DNA of 64,000 nucleotides from a virus. Its lineage: Duplodnaviria; Caudoviricetes. The stretch spans positions 1-64,000 of the IMG/VR virus record IMGVR_UViG_3300031994_000058; one strand, written 5' to 3'. Made by a program: the position numbers and the translations under genes. Below the pieces are notes generated by a model. That model ran no database searches. It was given only the letters and a program-made list of their open reading frames with translations, and was not told the DNA's origin. This document shows, one piece after another, positions 10,297 to 22,601 of this stretch; position 1 is the first letter of the stretch; each line of letters starts with the position of its first letter.

Positions 10297-11433
10297 TTAC
10301 TTGTTCTGCATCGCCCAAGCCTCTTCGTCCATACGCTCGTAAACGCTATCGTGCTCAGCTCTACCAGCCTCCGCATCTGCGAGAGCCTTCTGAATCTTGC
10401 ACATCTGATTGAACCCAAGACCGTTGTTACGAGTGTCAACATTGTAAACCTTATCGTCAATAATACCATCAACATTGAAGTCAAGCACGATGATACGTTC
10501 CATGCGGTCTCTGTCGATGAAGTCCTTGAAACGAGGATCAGTATAAGTCAGATCGATACCAAAAGAAATCTTGCCATCGCCATTACCGTTCTTTCTCCAG
10601 CCGACATGATGACCGATTTCAGTCTCCTCATACCCGAGCATCTGATATACATCGTTCAGATATACATAACCGACGCGATCGAGCTTCTCATTAGCAAACT
10701 CCTCAAGTCTCTTCAAGTGATTGCGATTCCATACATTGCCACTGTCGGACTTCTCATAAATCGGATTCGTCTCGTCAAAGATTCTTGCATACGGGCTTCC
10801 AAGAGGATAGTCAATGACCTCCTTGGATTCTACGACAGTCTCCTCAAGACCCGTCTCCGGATTTACAACCTTCTTCTCAGTCACCTCAGTCTTAGTACCG
10901 TAAAGATACTTTGCGTCGGCTTCCTTGCCACCGTCAGCGATTACTCGGCTTCTGTAAACCTTGAATGCGGTATCAAGCGCAGAGTAAGCTGTGAGAAGGG
11001 CTGCATTTCTGTCTCTCAGAATCTTATGAGACCAGAGAATGAGTGCAAGACCTGTTACGAGGAATCCAACACCAGGAGCATACTCCTTCACAACAGTAGC
11101 ACCGGTCTTGAGTACACTCTTAGCAGTTCTCTTGTACACGATTGCCTTGTCCTTGGCCGCATCAGTCTTTGAATACTTGGTATTGTCCTTAAGCTCTACC
11201 TCATTCTCAAGACCTTCGTCGATTTCCTGCATATCAGCCTTTGCCTGATCTACAGTCTCCTCCAGCTCCTCCTTAAGTTCCTGCTTCTTCTCAGCAATCT
11301 TAAGAGTTGCCTTGCTGGTGAATACAACACCTGCGATCACAGACGCGCAACCGAGACCAACCAGGATCTCAGGTGCATGCTCGATGACGCCTCTCTTTAC
11401 GACGTCAAATGTGTCTTTCAAATTGAAACTCAT
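10297..11433 (-). CDS. DUF6353-like protein
   Basis: HAPEILVGLG...KATLK N-terminus; AALLTAYSALD; GYVYLNDVYQMLG...GW C-terminal domain. Confidence 0.7.
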   Translation of the reverse strand: MSFNLKDTFDVVKRGVIEHAPEILVGLGCASVIAGVVFTSKATLKIAEKKQELKEELEETVDQAKADMQEIDEGLENEVELKDNTKYSKTDAAKDKAIVYKRTAKSVLKTGATVVKEYAPGVGFLVTGLALILWSHKILRDRNAALLTAYSALDTAFKVYRSRVIADGGKEADAKYLYGTKTEVTEKKVVNPETGLEETVVESKEVIDYPLGSPYARIFDETNPIYEKSDSGNVWNRNHLKRLEEFANEKLDRVGYVYLNDVYQMLGYEETEIGHHVGWRKNGNGDGKISFGIDLTYTDPRFKDFIDRDRMERIIVLDFNVDGIIDDKVYNVDTRNNGLGFNQMCKIQKALADAEAGRAEHDSVYERMDEEAWAMQNK

Positions 11434-11527
11434 TATCGTTTCCTCCTTGTGATAAAAAATATAAAAATTGAAGAGAATGGTTTTTATTCATTCTCCATTA
11501 AGGGCATTGTTTATTTTGCGAGTCGAC

Positions 11528-12586
11528 TTACTTCATTCCCGGAATATAATCTACCGTTCTGCCCCAATCACCGTGAATGACTTCCACCATAATCGGTATA
11601 TTTTCGATGTCACAGTCAACTGAAACTACGATACTGTCTCCGTCCTGCTCGAGCCATCTAATATACCAGTCAGACATCATTCCTTTAAAGGTCAAGCTAT
11701 CCTTCACCGCCCTGTTAAGGAAGTTCTCAATATACTTCTTCGGAACTCTCATATCGACTTCACCTTTAATAAACTTCTCCCAGTTCGTCATCTTCGTTTC
11801 CTTCTTATTTTTCTCAAGTCTCTCAAGAGCAAGTTTAGCACCGGCATAAATGTCAAACACATCGTCATCGTGACAAACAGCAGTCCCAATGCCAACCTTC
11901 TTACCGTTAGAATATAAAGTAGCCGTAGTGGTCTTACCGTCATTGGTAATTACGATTTTGTCGTTTTTTGTTTCTTCTTCGAAAACAAGCTCAACCGTAG
12001 GAATAATATATGAAGATATACTGTCACAGAGAACTCCATTACGCACGGTACCACCAGCAATAATGAATACAGGGTAGCACCTAGTTTCTTCCAACAATCT
12101 TTTTCCAATATGGTCATCTTCAAGCAATGATGTTTTGCTATTTCCCCATACATATCCTTTCTCGTGAAGAAATCGAAGCGTTCTTGACGCATTCTTGTAT
12201 GTCCTTATTACTATGCGAAACTCTTTACGCCGAAATGCCTCCCAATCAAAATCCTTAGCCTTTACTCTCTTAATCTCTTTCATATTCTTATCCTCCTCAA
12301 AATTAATCACGACTTCATAACCCTTACATGAATATTCACGTAAGACACCGTTTTCCAGAACACCTCCGGCACGAATATAAATTGACTCTTGCTTTATGTC
12401 ATCGAGTAACTGATCTGTCGTAATACTGTCCTCAATTAGAGACTTCCCTGATATACCCCAATAGTACCCTTTCGCAGAAAGCGCCTGAAGGACCGCTAGT
12501 AAATTCTGAGATGAATCTGATACAATACAAAACTCACTTCGCCGAAACCCATCCCAGTCAAAGTCATTAATCTTTACGGTTTTCAT
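11528..12586 (-). CDS. Hypothetical protein with an internal tandem domain duplication
   Basis: DFDW..FRR.EF.IV...L..KGY.WG.S..SL.ED...GG...NGVL occurs twice, then KIVIT.DG.TT.A...A.C..DD.FD...GA.LAL.RL domain. Confidence 0.7.
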   Translation of the reverse strand: MKTVKINDFDWDGFRRSEFCIVSDSSQNLLAVLQALSAKGYYWGISGKSLIEDSITTDQLLDDIKQESIYIRAGGVLENGVLREYSCKGYEVVINFEEDKNMKEIKRVKAKDFDWEAFRRKEFRIVIRTYKNASRTLRFLHEKGYVWGNSKTSLLEDDHIGKRLLEETRCYPVFIIAGGTVRNGVLCDSISSYIIPTVELVFEEETKNDKIVITNDGKTTTATLYSNGKKVGIGTAVCHDDDVFDIYAGAKLALERLEKNKKETKMTNWEKFIKGEVDMRVPKKYIENFLNRAVKDSLTFKGMMSDWYIRWLEQDGDSIVVSVDCDIENIPIMVEVIHGDWGRTVDYIPGMK

Positions 12587-13170
12587 TTAAGTTTTCTCCT
12601 TTAAAAATCTTCGGTAATAACCTGACACTCATCAGTGTCAAACTCGCCACTAAGCAATAGCTTAAGTATGTCATGATGTGGCCCTATCTCCCGACTGGTA
12701 TTCGCGCACTTACCAAACGTGATCTCAAACATATCACCAATAGAAGGATGAATAAAGAGTCTAAACCCGTATTTATCAATCATACGGCTATTAGCAAATA
12801 TAATATTACGCGTGTGAATAATGACGTCGCCCTCACGATATTGGCCTTTGTTATTTAATACTCGGCATAAACCATAATAAGATTCAATAACGTCTCCGTC
12901 CAGACGACTCCATCGCGGCATATTTATGCCAAACCAAACATGAAGTTCCTTTTTCATAAATTGCCGTCCTCTCCCCAAAGCTTATCGATTATGTGATTTC
13001 TCACTACCTTGGCAGCTTCGGTCTTGGAAATGTACCAATTACAATTCTCGCATTTACACCATCCGAGGCCTTGTTTATTTATCTCGCAGCAGCACGTCGG
13101 AATGTGTGCCCCCATGTCTTGTGCTTCATTATAATAGAAGCAGTCTCGCTTATATACTTCCATGTGCTTA

Positions 13171-13611
13171 TCACCCTCCCAACATAGGGCACGGGCAGTC
13201 CCATTCATAATCAGCATACTTGATATCTTCATTTCGTCGGATCTCTCCGTTAATGATTTCAACAAGTTGCCCAAATTCCATCCCTCGCTCATATGCCTCT
13301 ACTTTCATATCGACTCTATATTCTTGACACACTGCCTGAAGCTCCTCAGCGTTTATATACCAAGCCGCTTCAAAATGTAAGAATAGCGTGTGTCCTTCAC
13401 AAAAGTCCATATACTCGTCGCATATAATAAAATGACGGCTAGTGTTTTTAATCCATCGCTCTCCTGTGCCGGAAGTACTAAACTCTAAACAGCCGTCGTC
13501 CTCTTCCACCACAAGTTTACTAGGAGTCCAATCAATCCCTTCTTCCATAAACTTGCGAACGTTCTCAAGCGTTCCTCGTACTTTTAATGTTCTCTCACAC
13601 CAGTTTGGCAT
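13171..13611 (-). CDS. DUF1281/YubB-like ferredoxin-fold protein
   Basis: MPNWCE..L.V.G start and F..AW motif. Confidence 0.55.
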   Translation of the reverse strand: MPNWCERTLKVRGTLENVRKFMEEGIDWTPSKLVVEEDDGCLEFSTSGTGERWIKNTSRHFIICDEYMDFCEGHTLFLHFEAAWYINAEELQAVCQEYRVDMKVEAYERGMEFGQLVEIINGEIRRNEDIKYADYEWDCPCPMLGG

Positions 13612-13628
13612 AACTATTTACCTCCTCA

Positions 13629-14462
13629 TTATTCTCTAGAGTCAATCCCAGTGATTTCTTCGAATACGTCCGCATCGAAGTTCGGTATTTCGCGCACAGC
13701 TTGTCGTTCGCCATCTGTGAAATTAGCCCACATTTGTCGGCAGGCTGTTTTGAAATCGTTTACTTTTGGATATACACCGGTTGAGCTATGTTCTGAAGGG
13801 ATCCAGACCGTATGTTGGAATCCAAAGCTAATAAGCTTCATTCCTTTAGTCATTAAAAAATCGCGTCTATCTATTTCTAATGGTTTATTAAAAGCCATAA
13901 CGGGTGATTCAACGGTGTTAAAAAACCCGATAGAATAGTCTGCCGTATTATAGCATCCGGTATTCCAGTTTCCAATATTATAGTTTCCAGTATTATAGTC
14001 TCCTGCATTACAGTATCCCGCATTCCAGTCTCCAATATTATAGTTTCCAGTATTATAGTTTCCAGTATTATAGTCTCCTGTGTTACGGATTCCAGCATTA
14101 TAGTTTCCAGCGTTATTATTTCCGGTATTCCCCAACCCTGTACAATTTTTCCCATCATTGACGAGATCGAGAACTTCATGCCACGGTATTTCTCGAATGA
14201 TATGGATCTTATTTGTCACTGATTTATCACCCGTGACTATTACGTTACCGATCGCCTCTATCTCTGCCACGTGATTAGAACTGTCAAACGGATAGTAATT
14301 AAAGCATGCTGACGGTTTTTGACAAAAATGAAATCCCGCTTCGCAAACAGCAATAGGTCCGTCGTGAGTGTAAGTCTGTCCAACTTCGTATTGAAATTCT
14401 CGGCATGTCCAGTCTGGGTTGAAAACCTTGTAACCTTTAACTCCCATAAAATGTACCTCCAT
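13629..14462 (-). CDS. Pentapeptide (N-T-G-x-x) repeat protein with N-terminal GYK...GFHFC domain
   Basis: GYKVFNPDWTCREFQYEVG...GFHFC; about 14 NTG/NAG/NIG repeats. Confidence 0.8.
   Translation of the reverse strand: MEVHFMGVKGYKVFNPDWTCREFQYEVGQTYTHDGPIAVCEAGFHFCQKPSACFNYYPFDSSNHVAEIEAIGNVIVTGDKSVTNKIHIIREIPWHEVLDLVNDGKNCTGLGNTGNNNAGNYNAGIRNTGDYNTGNYNTGNYNIGDWNAGYCNAGDYNTGNYNIGNWNTGCYNTADYSIGFFNTVESPVMAFNKPLEIDRRDFLMTKGMKLISFGFQHTVWIPSEHSSTGVYPKVNDFKTACRQMWANFTDGERQAVREIPNFDADVFEEITGIDSRE
13920..14147 (-). repeat. 15-bp coding tandem repeat (e.g. AATACTGGAAACTAT)
   Basis: Repeated plus-strand TATTATAGTTTCCAG/TATTATAGTCTCC units encoding the pentapeptide repeats. Confidence 0.85.
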
Positions 14463-16695
14463 TCAAAATATAAAAGAGAAAGGAGCCCGTTTAAGACTCC
14501 TCCTCATTTTCGCCGTAATATACGAAACCTTCCCAAAGTAGCTGCATCTCGTCCCAAGGTCCCTCAATGTGAAGAGTAGTCCCGTCTCTCGTGATATCAA
14601 TTTCGTCACCGCGTTTAAATAAATCGCAAGCCTGTCTTAAGGCGTCACGCACCGGTTCTACCTCTTCGAGATTTCTACAACTATATTTAAATCCAAACCG
14701 TTCCATAAAAACGCACCTCCAATAAAAATATAAACGTGTTATACGTCCCAACCAATCATAGGCATACAGCAAAGCTCCGCGTCAGAATATTCGCTATACT
14801 TGATCTCGCCGACAATTCTTAGTTTGAAATAGTCAGTTCTCATGTAATGGCTAAGATCCCCGGTTCTAAACAGATCGAGTACCTTATCTATATCCGGTAC
14901 GTTGTCAGTATCCCAGAATATCTTGAATCTAAATAGCTCATTATCGCTGATAACCTGCTGATATTTAACATCTTTAATAGAGCAGTTGACGTTATTCATG
15001 TTTAGATACAAAAGTACGTTCTTCAGATGTGTGATATTGTTCTCCCAGTTCTCAAACGACAAGATAGGCTCCTCATTGATAAGAACCTCTAAAGTCGCAT
15101 GTCCGATAGTATGAATTTTCATAACTCTTTACCTCCAATCAAAAATATAAAAAAGAAAGGAGCCTGTTTAAGACTCCTTATCCTTCTGCATATGATCAAT
15201 TTCTTGGACCATTTGCTCGATCTCAATCAACGCAAACGGGTCATCATATAACCTTTTGAACATCGTTTCCATAACATTTTTGCCAAACATAGCTATAAGC
15301 TCATTTCGTCCTTCTAGTTTCGATTCTAACGAGCGCTTGGCATCATTAATTACCTCGCGCATCATAAAATCGTATGCTTCCGGCTCGTCTCGCTTCAATT
15401 TTGCTATGTTATGTGCCACTATAGTAAGCTTGGTCATTTCCTCGTTCACCTTAATCTCATCCATAACAAAATACCTCCTTTGAAATTTGAACATATCGTT
15501 CTATAAAGAGACCTGTCTAGATTGCGAGAAATATCATATAGGATTAATAGTAGTAATATTTTCTTAGTAGAAGCTTGGTGTCCATACTCTCGGCTAGCTT
15601 TGATAGTCTTTTATACTCATCCCACAATTGGCAATATTCGATGAAACTATTATCATGGTAAGGATCACAATAATAGCCTACTCCTGGAATATACTTATAA
15701 TCCGGACGCTCTTTATCAAGTTCTTTTATACGAACCCATACGCCTAACATAGTCAATATGATATCGTCAAGCGTCATGTTTTCCTCACTCATTACTTTCC
15801 ACCTCCTTTAAATATAAATAGGCGACCTTTTTAGTTGGTAAATTTCGCCCTTGATGATCGGATTGTTCCTCGTATTGTATGCTGTAGTCCTCCACTAACT
15901 TTTGTTTGAATAGTCTATGTATCAATTCTGACATTACGTATGGAGGAACTTCTATCGTTGGTCTACCCATGATAAGTACCTTATATTTCATAGATGATGG
16001 TTGCCAAATATAAAGATCCGTTTCAGGAAAGTCTTCAGATCCATGATTTATGATTATTTCATTAGCCGTAGCAATCTCAATCTCATTCGCTGTCATCGTC
16101 CACCACCCCCACTATCTCGGCCAGCATCCACGATACAAAGTTTATCTGCCGTTCTGTCTTATTGATAGCCTGGCGATAACGATCCATAACTGAATCATAG
16201 TTTTCAGGCACTTTTGTTGACTCCCGATCTATTGATTCTAGGTTCTTAAGTGTTTCGACAGCCTCCTTGTAGTCATCGATAGCTTGGCGGAAAACGTCAA
16301 GAAGCGCTATGTATTTTTTTCTAGGATACTTAATTTTGAATCGCATTCCTTTAGGAAATGCAGATTGACAACATGCCGGTTGCGGATGTGGCGATAAATT
16401 TGGCTTGTCGGACCACCCGCCAATAGGTTCCCAAGCGCCGCCTTCATCGTTTAAGAGATGTCCTTCAGTCAGTCCCATTAGTATCCCTCCTTTAATCCAA
16501 GTACGAAAGACAGAACTCTTTGATAACACTTATTGCACAGACCCATGTCGATATCCTTCTGAATTCGCGTCTTATCTTCCGTCAATGAATATTCGCAATT
16601 ATTCAGCTGGACACTGTGAAATATAAAAGCGTCAAGTCCGATCATCTTATTTCCACAACCATCGCAGACATTTACCGGTATATTATTCTCGAATG

Positions 16696-17196
16696 TTATT
16701 TGCATTCCTTATCCTCCTTTACTTCTCCACACTTATGAAGCGGCAGATCGAATCTTACAGCCTTGATTCTGTCAATCGGAATATCCTCATCGATCCACCA
16801 TGCCTCGCCAAATTTGTTGTGATGGTCGGGAAGCTTATATGCTGGTCCTCCTTTAACCTCATAGATAACTGTACGACCTGTATGAATACACCAGGCCATA
16901 GCAGCCTGAAGAGTTGTGAATCCTCTAACCGGCTTTAAAATGGCTCCGGTCTCATGATATTTCTTAGCTTTCTTAGGTGTGGTACAGTGGTAAAGAACGA
17001 CTTTGTGAAGATGATCGTTCACACCGAAATATACTTTTAAGTAAGACGAGATCACATCCAAATCATACGAAGAATATCCGGTGTGATGTTCGCCATCCTC
17101 GTCATCGTATACAATTGAGTAGTACGGTTTAGTTTTACCGATCTCCCCAGCAGAAACGTCCCAGACCTCCAACCTTACAAACTTCTCTTTACTCAT
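16696..17196 (-). CDS. Two-domain hypothetical; C-terminal LYHCTT...G domain reminiscent of ADP-ribosyltransferase folds
   Basis: LYHCTTPKK...TGAI...VRGF.T...A...VIYEV pattern; assignment by motif only. Confidence 0.35.
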   Translation of the reverse strand: MSKEKFVRLEVWDVSAGEIGKTKPYYSIVYDDEDGEHHTGYSSYDLDVISSYLKVYFGVNDHLHKVVLYHCTTPKKAKKYHETGAILKPVRGFTTLQAAMAWCIHTGRTVIYEVKGGPAYKLPDHHNKFGEAWWIDEDIPIDRIKAVRFDLPLHKCGEVKEDKECK

Positions 17197-17786
17197 TTCT
17201 CTTCCTCCTTTACAGGTTCACCTTCGCCCATAGCGATTAACTGGCAGTTGTAGTGAATGCCTTTCATAATTTGTGATTTTCTATTCATGAGAACTCTAGT
17301 CATATCTGCTAGTAAGTCCTTACCGCCAGTAGACTGTAACTCAAAAATCTCAGTGATACTGTTCAAATCCGAATCAACCTTGAAATACTCGTCAATTTGC
17401 TCTTTCAGTATAGACAATACTGTGTCGTATCGGCCTTTTTTCGGAATATATGCGCTCATTCTTCTTCCTCCTCTTCATGCTCGTCCCACGTATGCTCATG
17501 ACTGCATTCAAAATATAAAGAGTTCGTCCTATTGTAGCTGTCCTCGATGTACTCCTCGAACATCTTCTTAGCGCAGCCGACACATACATCATACGTCTCT
17601 ACACTATCAATACTATCGTTGCCCCAGTCGTGATGACCGGTAACAATATTGTAATAGTGTATCATCTCTTTGAGTCCAGGCTTCGTATACCCATCTTTGG
17701 TATGAAACCACAGATGTCTCCCGCAGCGATCACATCTGCACTCTTCACTAATGACGGTGTCTTGATAAAGTATTTCCTTCTTAGTC

Positions 17787-18347
17787 TCAGTCTTTACCAT
17801 TACTAACAGCCTCCTTTAATTTATTAAACGCTTTCATAGTTTCTTCAAAATTCTGATCACGATACTCAGGAACCCACCGCTCAGAATCTGCCCAAAAAGA
17901 TAGACGTATTACAAGCCTCTGACATATCTCATATGATCCATATTGACTCATAATAAGCTTAGCCATATCAATCTGATCCTTACTAGGATTTACCAAATGC
18001 ATGCTGCCATAACGTTGATACTCATCTCTAATTCGATAATCATTCTCTATGATAAACTCAGGAATATCATTAAGGACGTCCAGAAGTATACCATAATCAC
18101 ACCCTCCGAACATAACGTATCCTTTAGTAAAGAAATCTTGTTCGTGTCCAGAACAAGAATACAAAGTATTAAACCCGGCGTCATTAAGTACCCGGATGCA
18201 ATCTGAGATCAAATTGTCAACCTCAATTTCATCTTCGCCTATCTTTACCACCGATTGCTTTCTTGTTGGATCGGCAGCCCGCTTCTCTAAGAGCTTCTTA
18301 TACCCTGCATCAAGCTCCTCCATTTTCTTCCTACGCTCCTCAATAGT
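17787..18347 (-). CDS. Hypothetical protein with LN..GF.T.YSCSGH motif
   Basis: Translated motif; start chosen at MTIEERRKK. Confidence 0.5.
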   Translation of the reverse strand, partial: TIEERRKKMEELDAGYKKLLEKRAADPTRKQSVVKIGEDEIEVDNLISDCIRVLNDAGFNTLYSCSGHEQDFFTKGYVMFGGCDYGILLDVLNDIPEFIIENDYRIRDEYQRYGSMHLVNPSKDQIDMAKLIMSQYGSYEICQRLVIRLSFWADSERWVPEYRDQNFEETMKAFNKLKEAVSNGKD

Positions 18348-19192
18348 CATGCTAATTACCCCCAATCTAAAATATAAAAGACTAAAGAGCCATGTATAAA
18401 ACATGACTCTTTAAAGTCCTCATTCGATGGTGATACTTATTACTTCTTGATTTTCACAGATAGCATTACAGCAGCGTTCGACGCCTTGTATTGTTCGCAC
18501 ATCATCTGCATATCGTTCAAGTACATTCCCATGACCATCACGAGTCTCTCTTTCTGTTAGATAGAGACCATCATGATTATTTGTGAATATAACCTTACGA
18601 ATATGACCGCTCGAATAATACAAAACGCTAACCTTTTCCGCTTCATAAAACCGTTTCATCATTCCCACAATATCAGCTCCTTTCTATAAGGAGAGCTGGC
18701 TAGTTTGCGAATAGCTGTTTATATGAACACTCAGGGCACTTGGTATATGCGCAGTGAGTCGTAGCTACGAATTCCTTATCAGCATAAATAGTGGCATCTT
18801 CATCTTCGTCTGTAAATATAAAATCGTAGGGCCCCGTTACTTCATACTCACATCCACAGGCACCACAAGTGACAGGGAAGATGCCAAAGTACTTTCCATT
18901 CTTTGTTACTTTCATTCGTCGATCACCTCAACACAATCGTACTGGCCAATACTACGGCACTCATATAAAAATTCGGTACCGACATTCGCCCTTTCGGTAT
19001 CGTCAATACAACATTCATATTTGTTTATTAGGTGATGTAAGCTAGCTACAAATCCAGACAAATTCCGAACTGATATCGGTTTGCGTACTTCTGGTTCAGC
19101 TGATAAGTACTCCTCACAGCTAGCATATTTTTTCATCGCAGCAAGTGCATCCTCATAAAGCTGAGTAATTCGTTCGTTCCTTGTGTCTTTCA

Positions 19193-19534
19193 TTATTCTC
19201 CCTCCAATATAGAAACATACCATGGACGATTGATTTCAAGCCAGGGTATAATTTCGTCCCATAAATATCGATTTGCACCTCCCCATTTCGGCAGTTTATG
19301 GGTTGGCATACCATTTTCTGTCCACTTGTATACGGCGCTTCGTGTCACGTATAAACGATCGGCAATTTCTTCGGCTGTTACGTAATCACCGGTTGCACGA
19401 TATTCTGCTAAAAAGTTTTTAAATGCAATTTGAAAATCTCGCATCTCATCATCGTTTTCTATATCTTTTAATGTATATTGTGTCCGGTAATCTGAAGTAG
19501 TATCGCTTTTGTATTTAAACATAATTTCAAGCAT
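19193..19534 (-). CDS. Helix-turn-helix (excisionase/AlpA-like) protein
   Basis: VTAEEIADRLYVTRSAVYKWTENGMP...RYLWDEI. Confidence 0.75.
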   Translation of the reverse strand: MLEIMFKYKSDTTSDYRTQYTLKDIENDDEMRDFQIAFKNFLAEYRATGDYVTAEEIADRLYVTRSAVYKWTENGMPTHKLPKWGGANRYLWDEIIPWLEINRPWYVSILEGE

Positions 19535-20101
19535 TACTTTTATTCTCCCTCCTATAGCAATTGAATTCGGAACTCAGTTCTCGTACCTTATCCATATCGA
19601 TAGCGAGTATTGGGTCAGGCTTAAGCACCTTTACTATTTCGTCGTTATTCGATGCTACACTAAGGTAGGCGGATAGCCTCGTGGCATTGTGCATAGGATC
19701 ATAGAATTCTTCGAAATGAATATAATTATTCTGCATACAGTAAATACCAAGCTGATGGGCTAACTGGATCTTTGTATCAGCCATGATTTCCTCCTCAGCG
19801 ATACGGTGTCGCATAAAGTCGGATAATGCAAGTTCCGCTGATACACCAATAGGTTTTGCACCTATCACGTGTAGCTCATGGATCGTATGTCCTTCCTTTA
19901 ATTTCTCATAGTCTTTTTTGAGGCTATTGTATTTTTCTGTCTGTTTGTGAAACGCGCTATCATGTATAGAGAGTTGATCGACGAGATCCTTAATTTTAAG
20001 TTTGGACTTAAAATATAAATATGTCATGAAGCTTATCACTATAGTGCAAACTGCCAAACCAGCTGACAGCCAATCAACGATCGTGTATCCTGTATCTTCC
20101 A

Positions 20102-20644
20102 TTATTCTTCCTCCTTTAAATCGGTTACGATAGCAGTATCAAGATCTTGCTTTTTCTTATCGCCGTCTTCGTCAATATAAATAATATATTGACCCCTTTC
20201 CTCGATTACATAAGTCCAATCAGTATGATGGTATCCGTCATCATCCGTGTATTTAATTCGATAGTTGTACTTGTTGTCAGAATACTTATACGCCAGGTCT
20301 AATACGCACCAAAGTAATAAAAAGAATAATACAAGAACCAGTACGATTACTATCACAACACTCAGCTCTTCATGATATAATGCGAAGTCTTCTATTTTAT
20401 CTAATATCGGCTCTGTGATTCTAACTAGCGGATCATCATATTCTTCATGATACAATTCCTCTTCACAATACGGACAAGTCCAATAAAATTTAGTGACGTG
20501 GTGGTTATCAGAATCGATATCGTTTTTATAATTTTGTATGTCCTCTTTGTCTAGTACGACTTTGCAGCCGCACTTGGAGCATTTGCATTTCCATCTCTTG
20601 GCTTATTCTAACTTCTTAGCATTTCCGTATTTTAAGATGATCAT
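20102..20644 (-). pseudogene. Zn-ribbon + transmembrane protein interrupted by in-frame TAA at codon 14
   Basis: ATG at 20644: MIILKYGNAKKLE*AKRWKCKCSKCGC...CPYCEEELYHEEY..., same frame as 20102..20455; TAA at 20603-20605. Confidence 0.65.
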
Positions 20645-22601
20645 TTCCGCCACTCCTTTAAAAATCTGTCATAATCAGGAAAATTGACCTTAAGTCCCTC
20701 GATGTCAATACCATAATCTTTTTGCATTGAATCTATGAGATCCATACACCGGCATTCCTTACCAAGAATATCACGCCGTGCCAGCACTCGACGGAATTCA
20801 TCATGAACCTTAATAATATCATCACGATTCAAGCCACATAGTTCCATGGCGTACAAAGTCATACACTCTCCTTGTGCAACATACACAGGAGCACATTCCT
20901 TTAACGCTTCGTATATGATAGATTCGTCACGGTCCCTTACTCGTTTAGCGATCGTTCGCATATGTCTTATCCGCCTCCTTTTCGAGCTCCTTAACTCGGT
21001 TTTCCAATGCATAAATATGATTCCAGATATTCGTCACGTCCATTTTTGATCGTTCAAAGCGTACGGTTGCGGAAACAACATCATCAATAATATGATAAAC
21101 TATATACCTCATGTCTGGGTCTAAACTATTAAGTCTAGCTTTCTCACGAGCGTCCATGTTTTCGTACCAGTTGTATTCTCCCGGAATTGCAATACTACTC
21201 ATTTTCCAGCCTCCTTAAAATATAAAAAAGAAGGGACACTGTAAAAGCATCCCTAACTTAAAATGTCAGATTGTCTTCATTCCGTCTGACCGCAATACAA
21301 TGACATCCTTTTCCTCTTCGATTTGCTGAACCCTAAAGTCTATCACCGCACTGTAACAGATGATAGATCGCTGAAGGTCTTCGATCTTCTCGTCATAGTA
21401 TTTCTTAAACAGATTTCGAAAAATACTACTTTGAGCCTTCTCGAGACGTTCTTTATAGCCATCTCTGATATTTACATACAGCATCAGTGTAGGGTCCCAA
21501 AACCACAGGACCTTCTTTTTGTCATTAGTCTTAGTCGTTTCAGTCATTTAGACCACCATCCTTTCTATTAAGACAGTGGTTTCATTTGCGAGAAAAATAT
21601 CAGTGTTCCGGCAAATATGGCAACGGCATAAACGCCAAGAACTTCTCAGGCCAGTCCCAACAGTAGATCGTGTTATTGACATGGTCATAATGCTCTGGAT
21701 CTAGTTTATATGGAGTGATCGACACAACTTCAATAGAACTACTTGGATCGATGTGCATCTTAATTTTCATGGGAGTTTCATAACCTTTGATCCACCCAAG
21801 ATAAAACCAATGATCTTCGAAGCCATATTCCTCTAAGAATTTAGTTGCGTCAAAGTTGTCGTGACCAGGACCGAAATCTTTGTCCTTATTGAATTTGAAA
21901 TGATTATAATCGAATATCGTCCATGCGGGTTTCTCAACATAAACGAGTTTTCCGCCATGCTCAATTTCTTCTCTTATTCCATTATACGCGGCGATTTCTT
22001 CGTTCATTTTTTTAAGATTCTCGTCACTTGGACTTAGCTGTAATAGACCTAGCCGGAATATCATTTGTAGCTCGTGATGGAGTGCCTCTTCAGCAACACC
22101 CGCTAATACTTCTTCGGCTGTTTTCATCAGAACATCCCCTCCGTATAGTCTTCTCGCACATCATATCCAAAGAACCAATTTTCGTGTTCAATTTCGTCTA
22201 CAGGAAAATCCGCTGGCACTCTCGTAACAAGTGTTGCGAAGTCCGTGTATCCTGCCTCGTTGTGATCCATATTGTAATGACCGCAAAGCTCTTCAATACG
22301 GTCAGTTGCAATATGGTTGTTCAGTGTTTCAATAAACATATATTCCATAACAATTACCTCCAAAATATAAAACTCAAGTCTCTACAGAAAATGGATACTT
22401 ACAGCCGTTCTCCTTAAACCCCATAATGATTCTGTTACGAAGTTTCTCAACTCGCATATACATCGCGTTGTTACGAAGCTCGGGAAGGGCCTTAGCAAGC
22501 CCCTCCATATGATCGCATCGAAGTTCTTTCATAAAGTCAAGCTGTCCGTCAAGAGTTTTGAGAATGTAACGGTACTCCCATTCAGATTTAATAATCATGT
22601 T

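Noticed and set aside
13920-14147. Asn-rich repeat or the LRR genes as DGR variable regions
   Set aside because: No nucleotide or protein similarity to the TR at non-adenine positions that I could find
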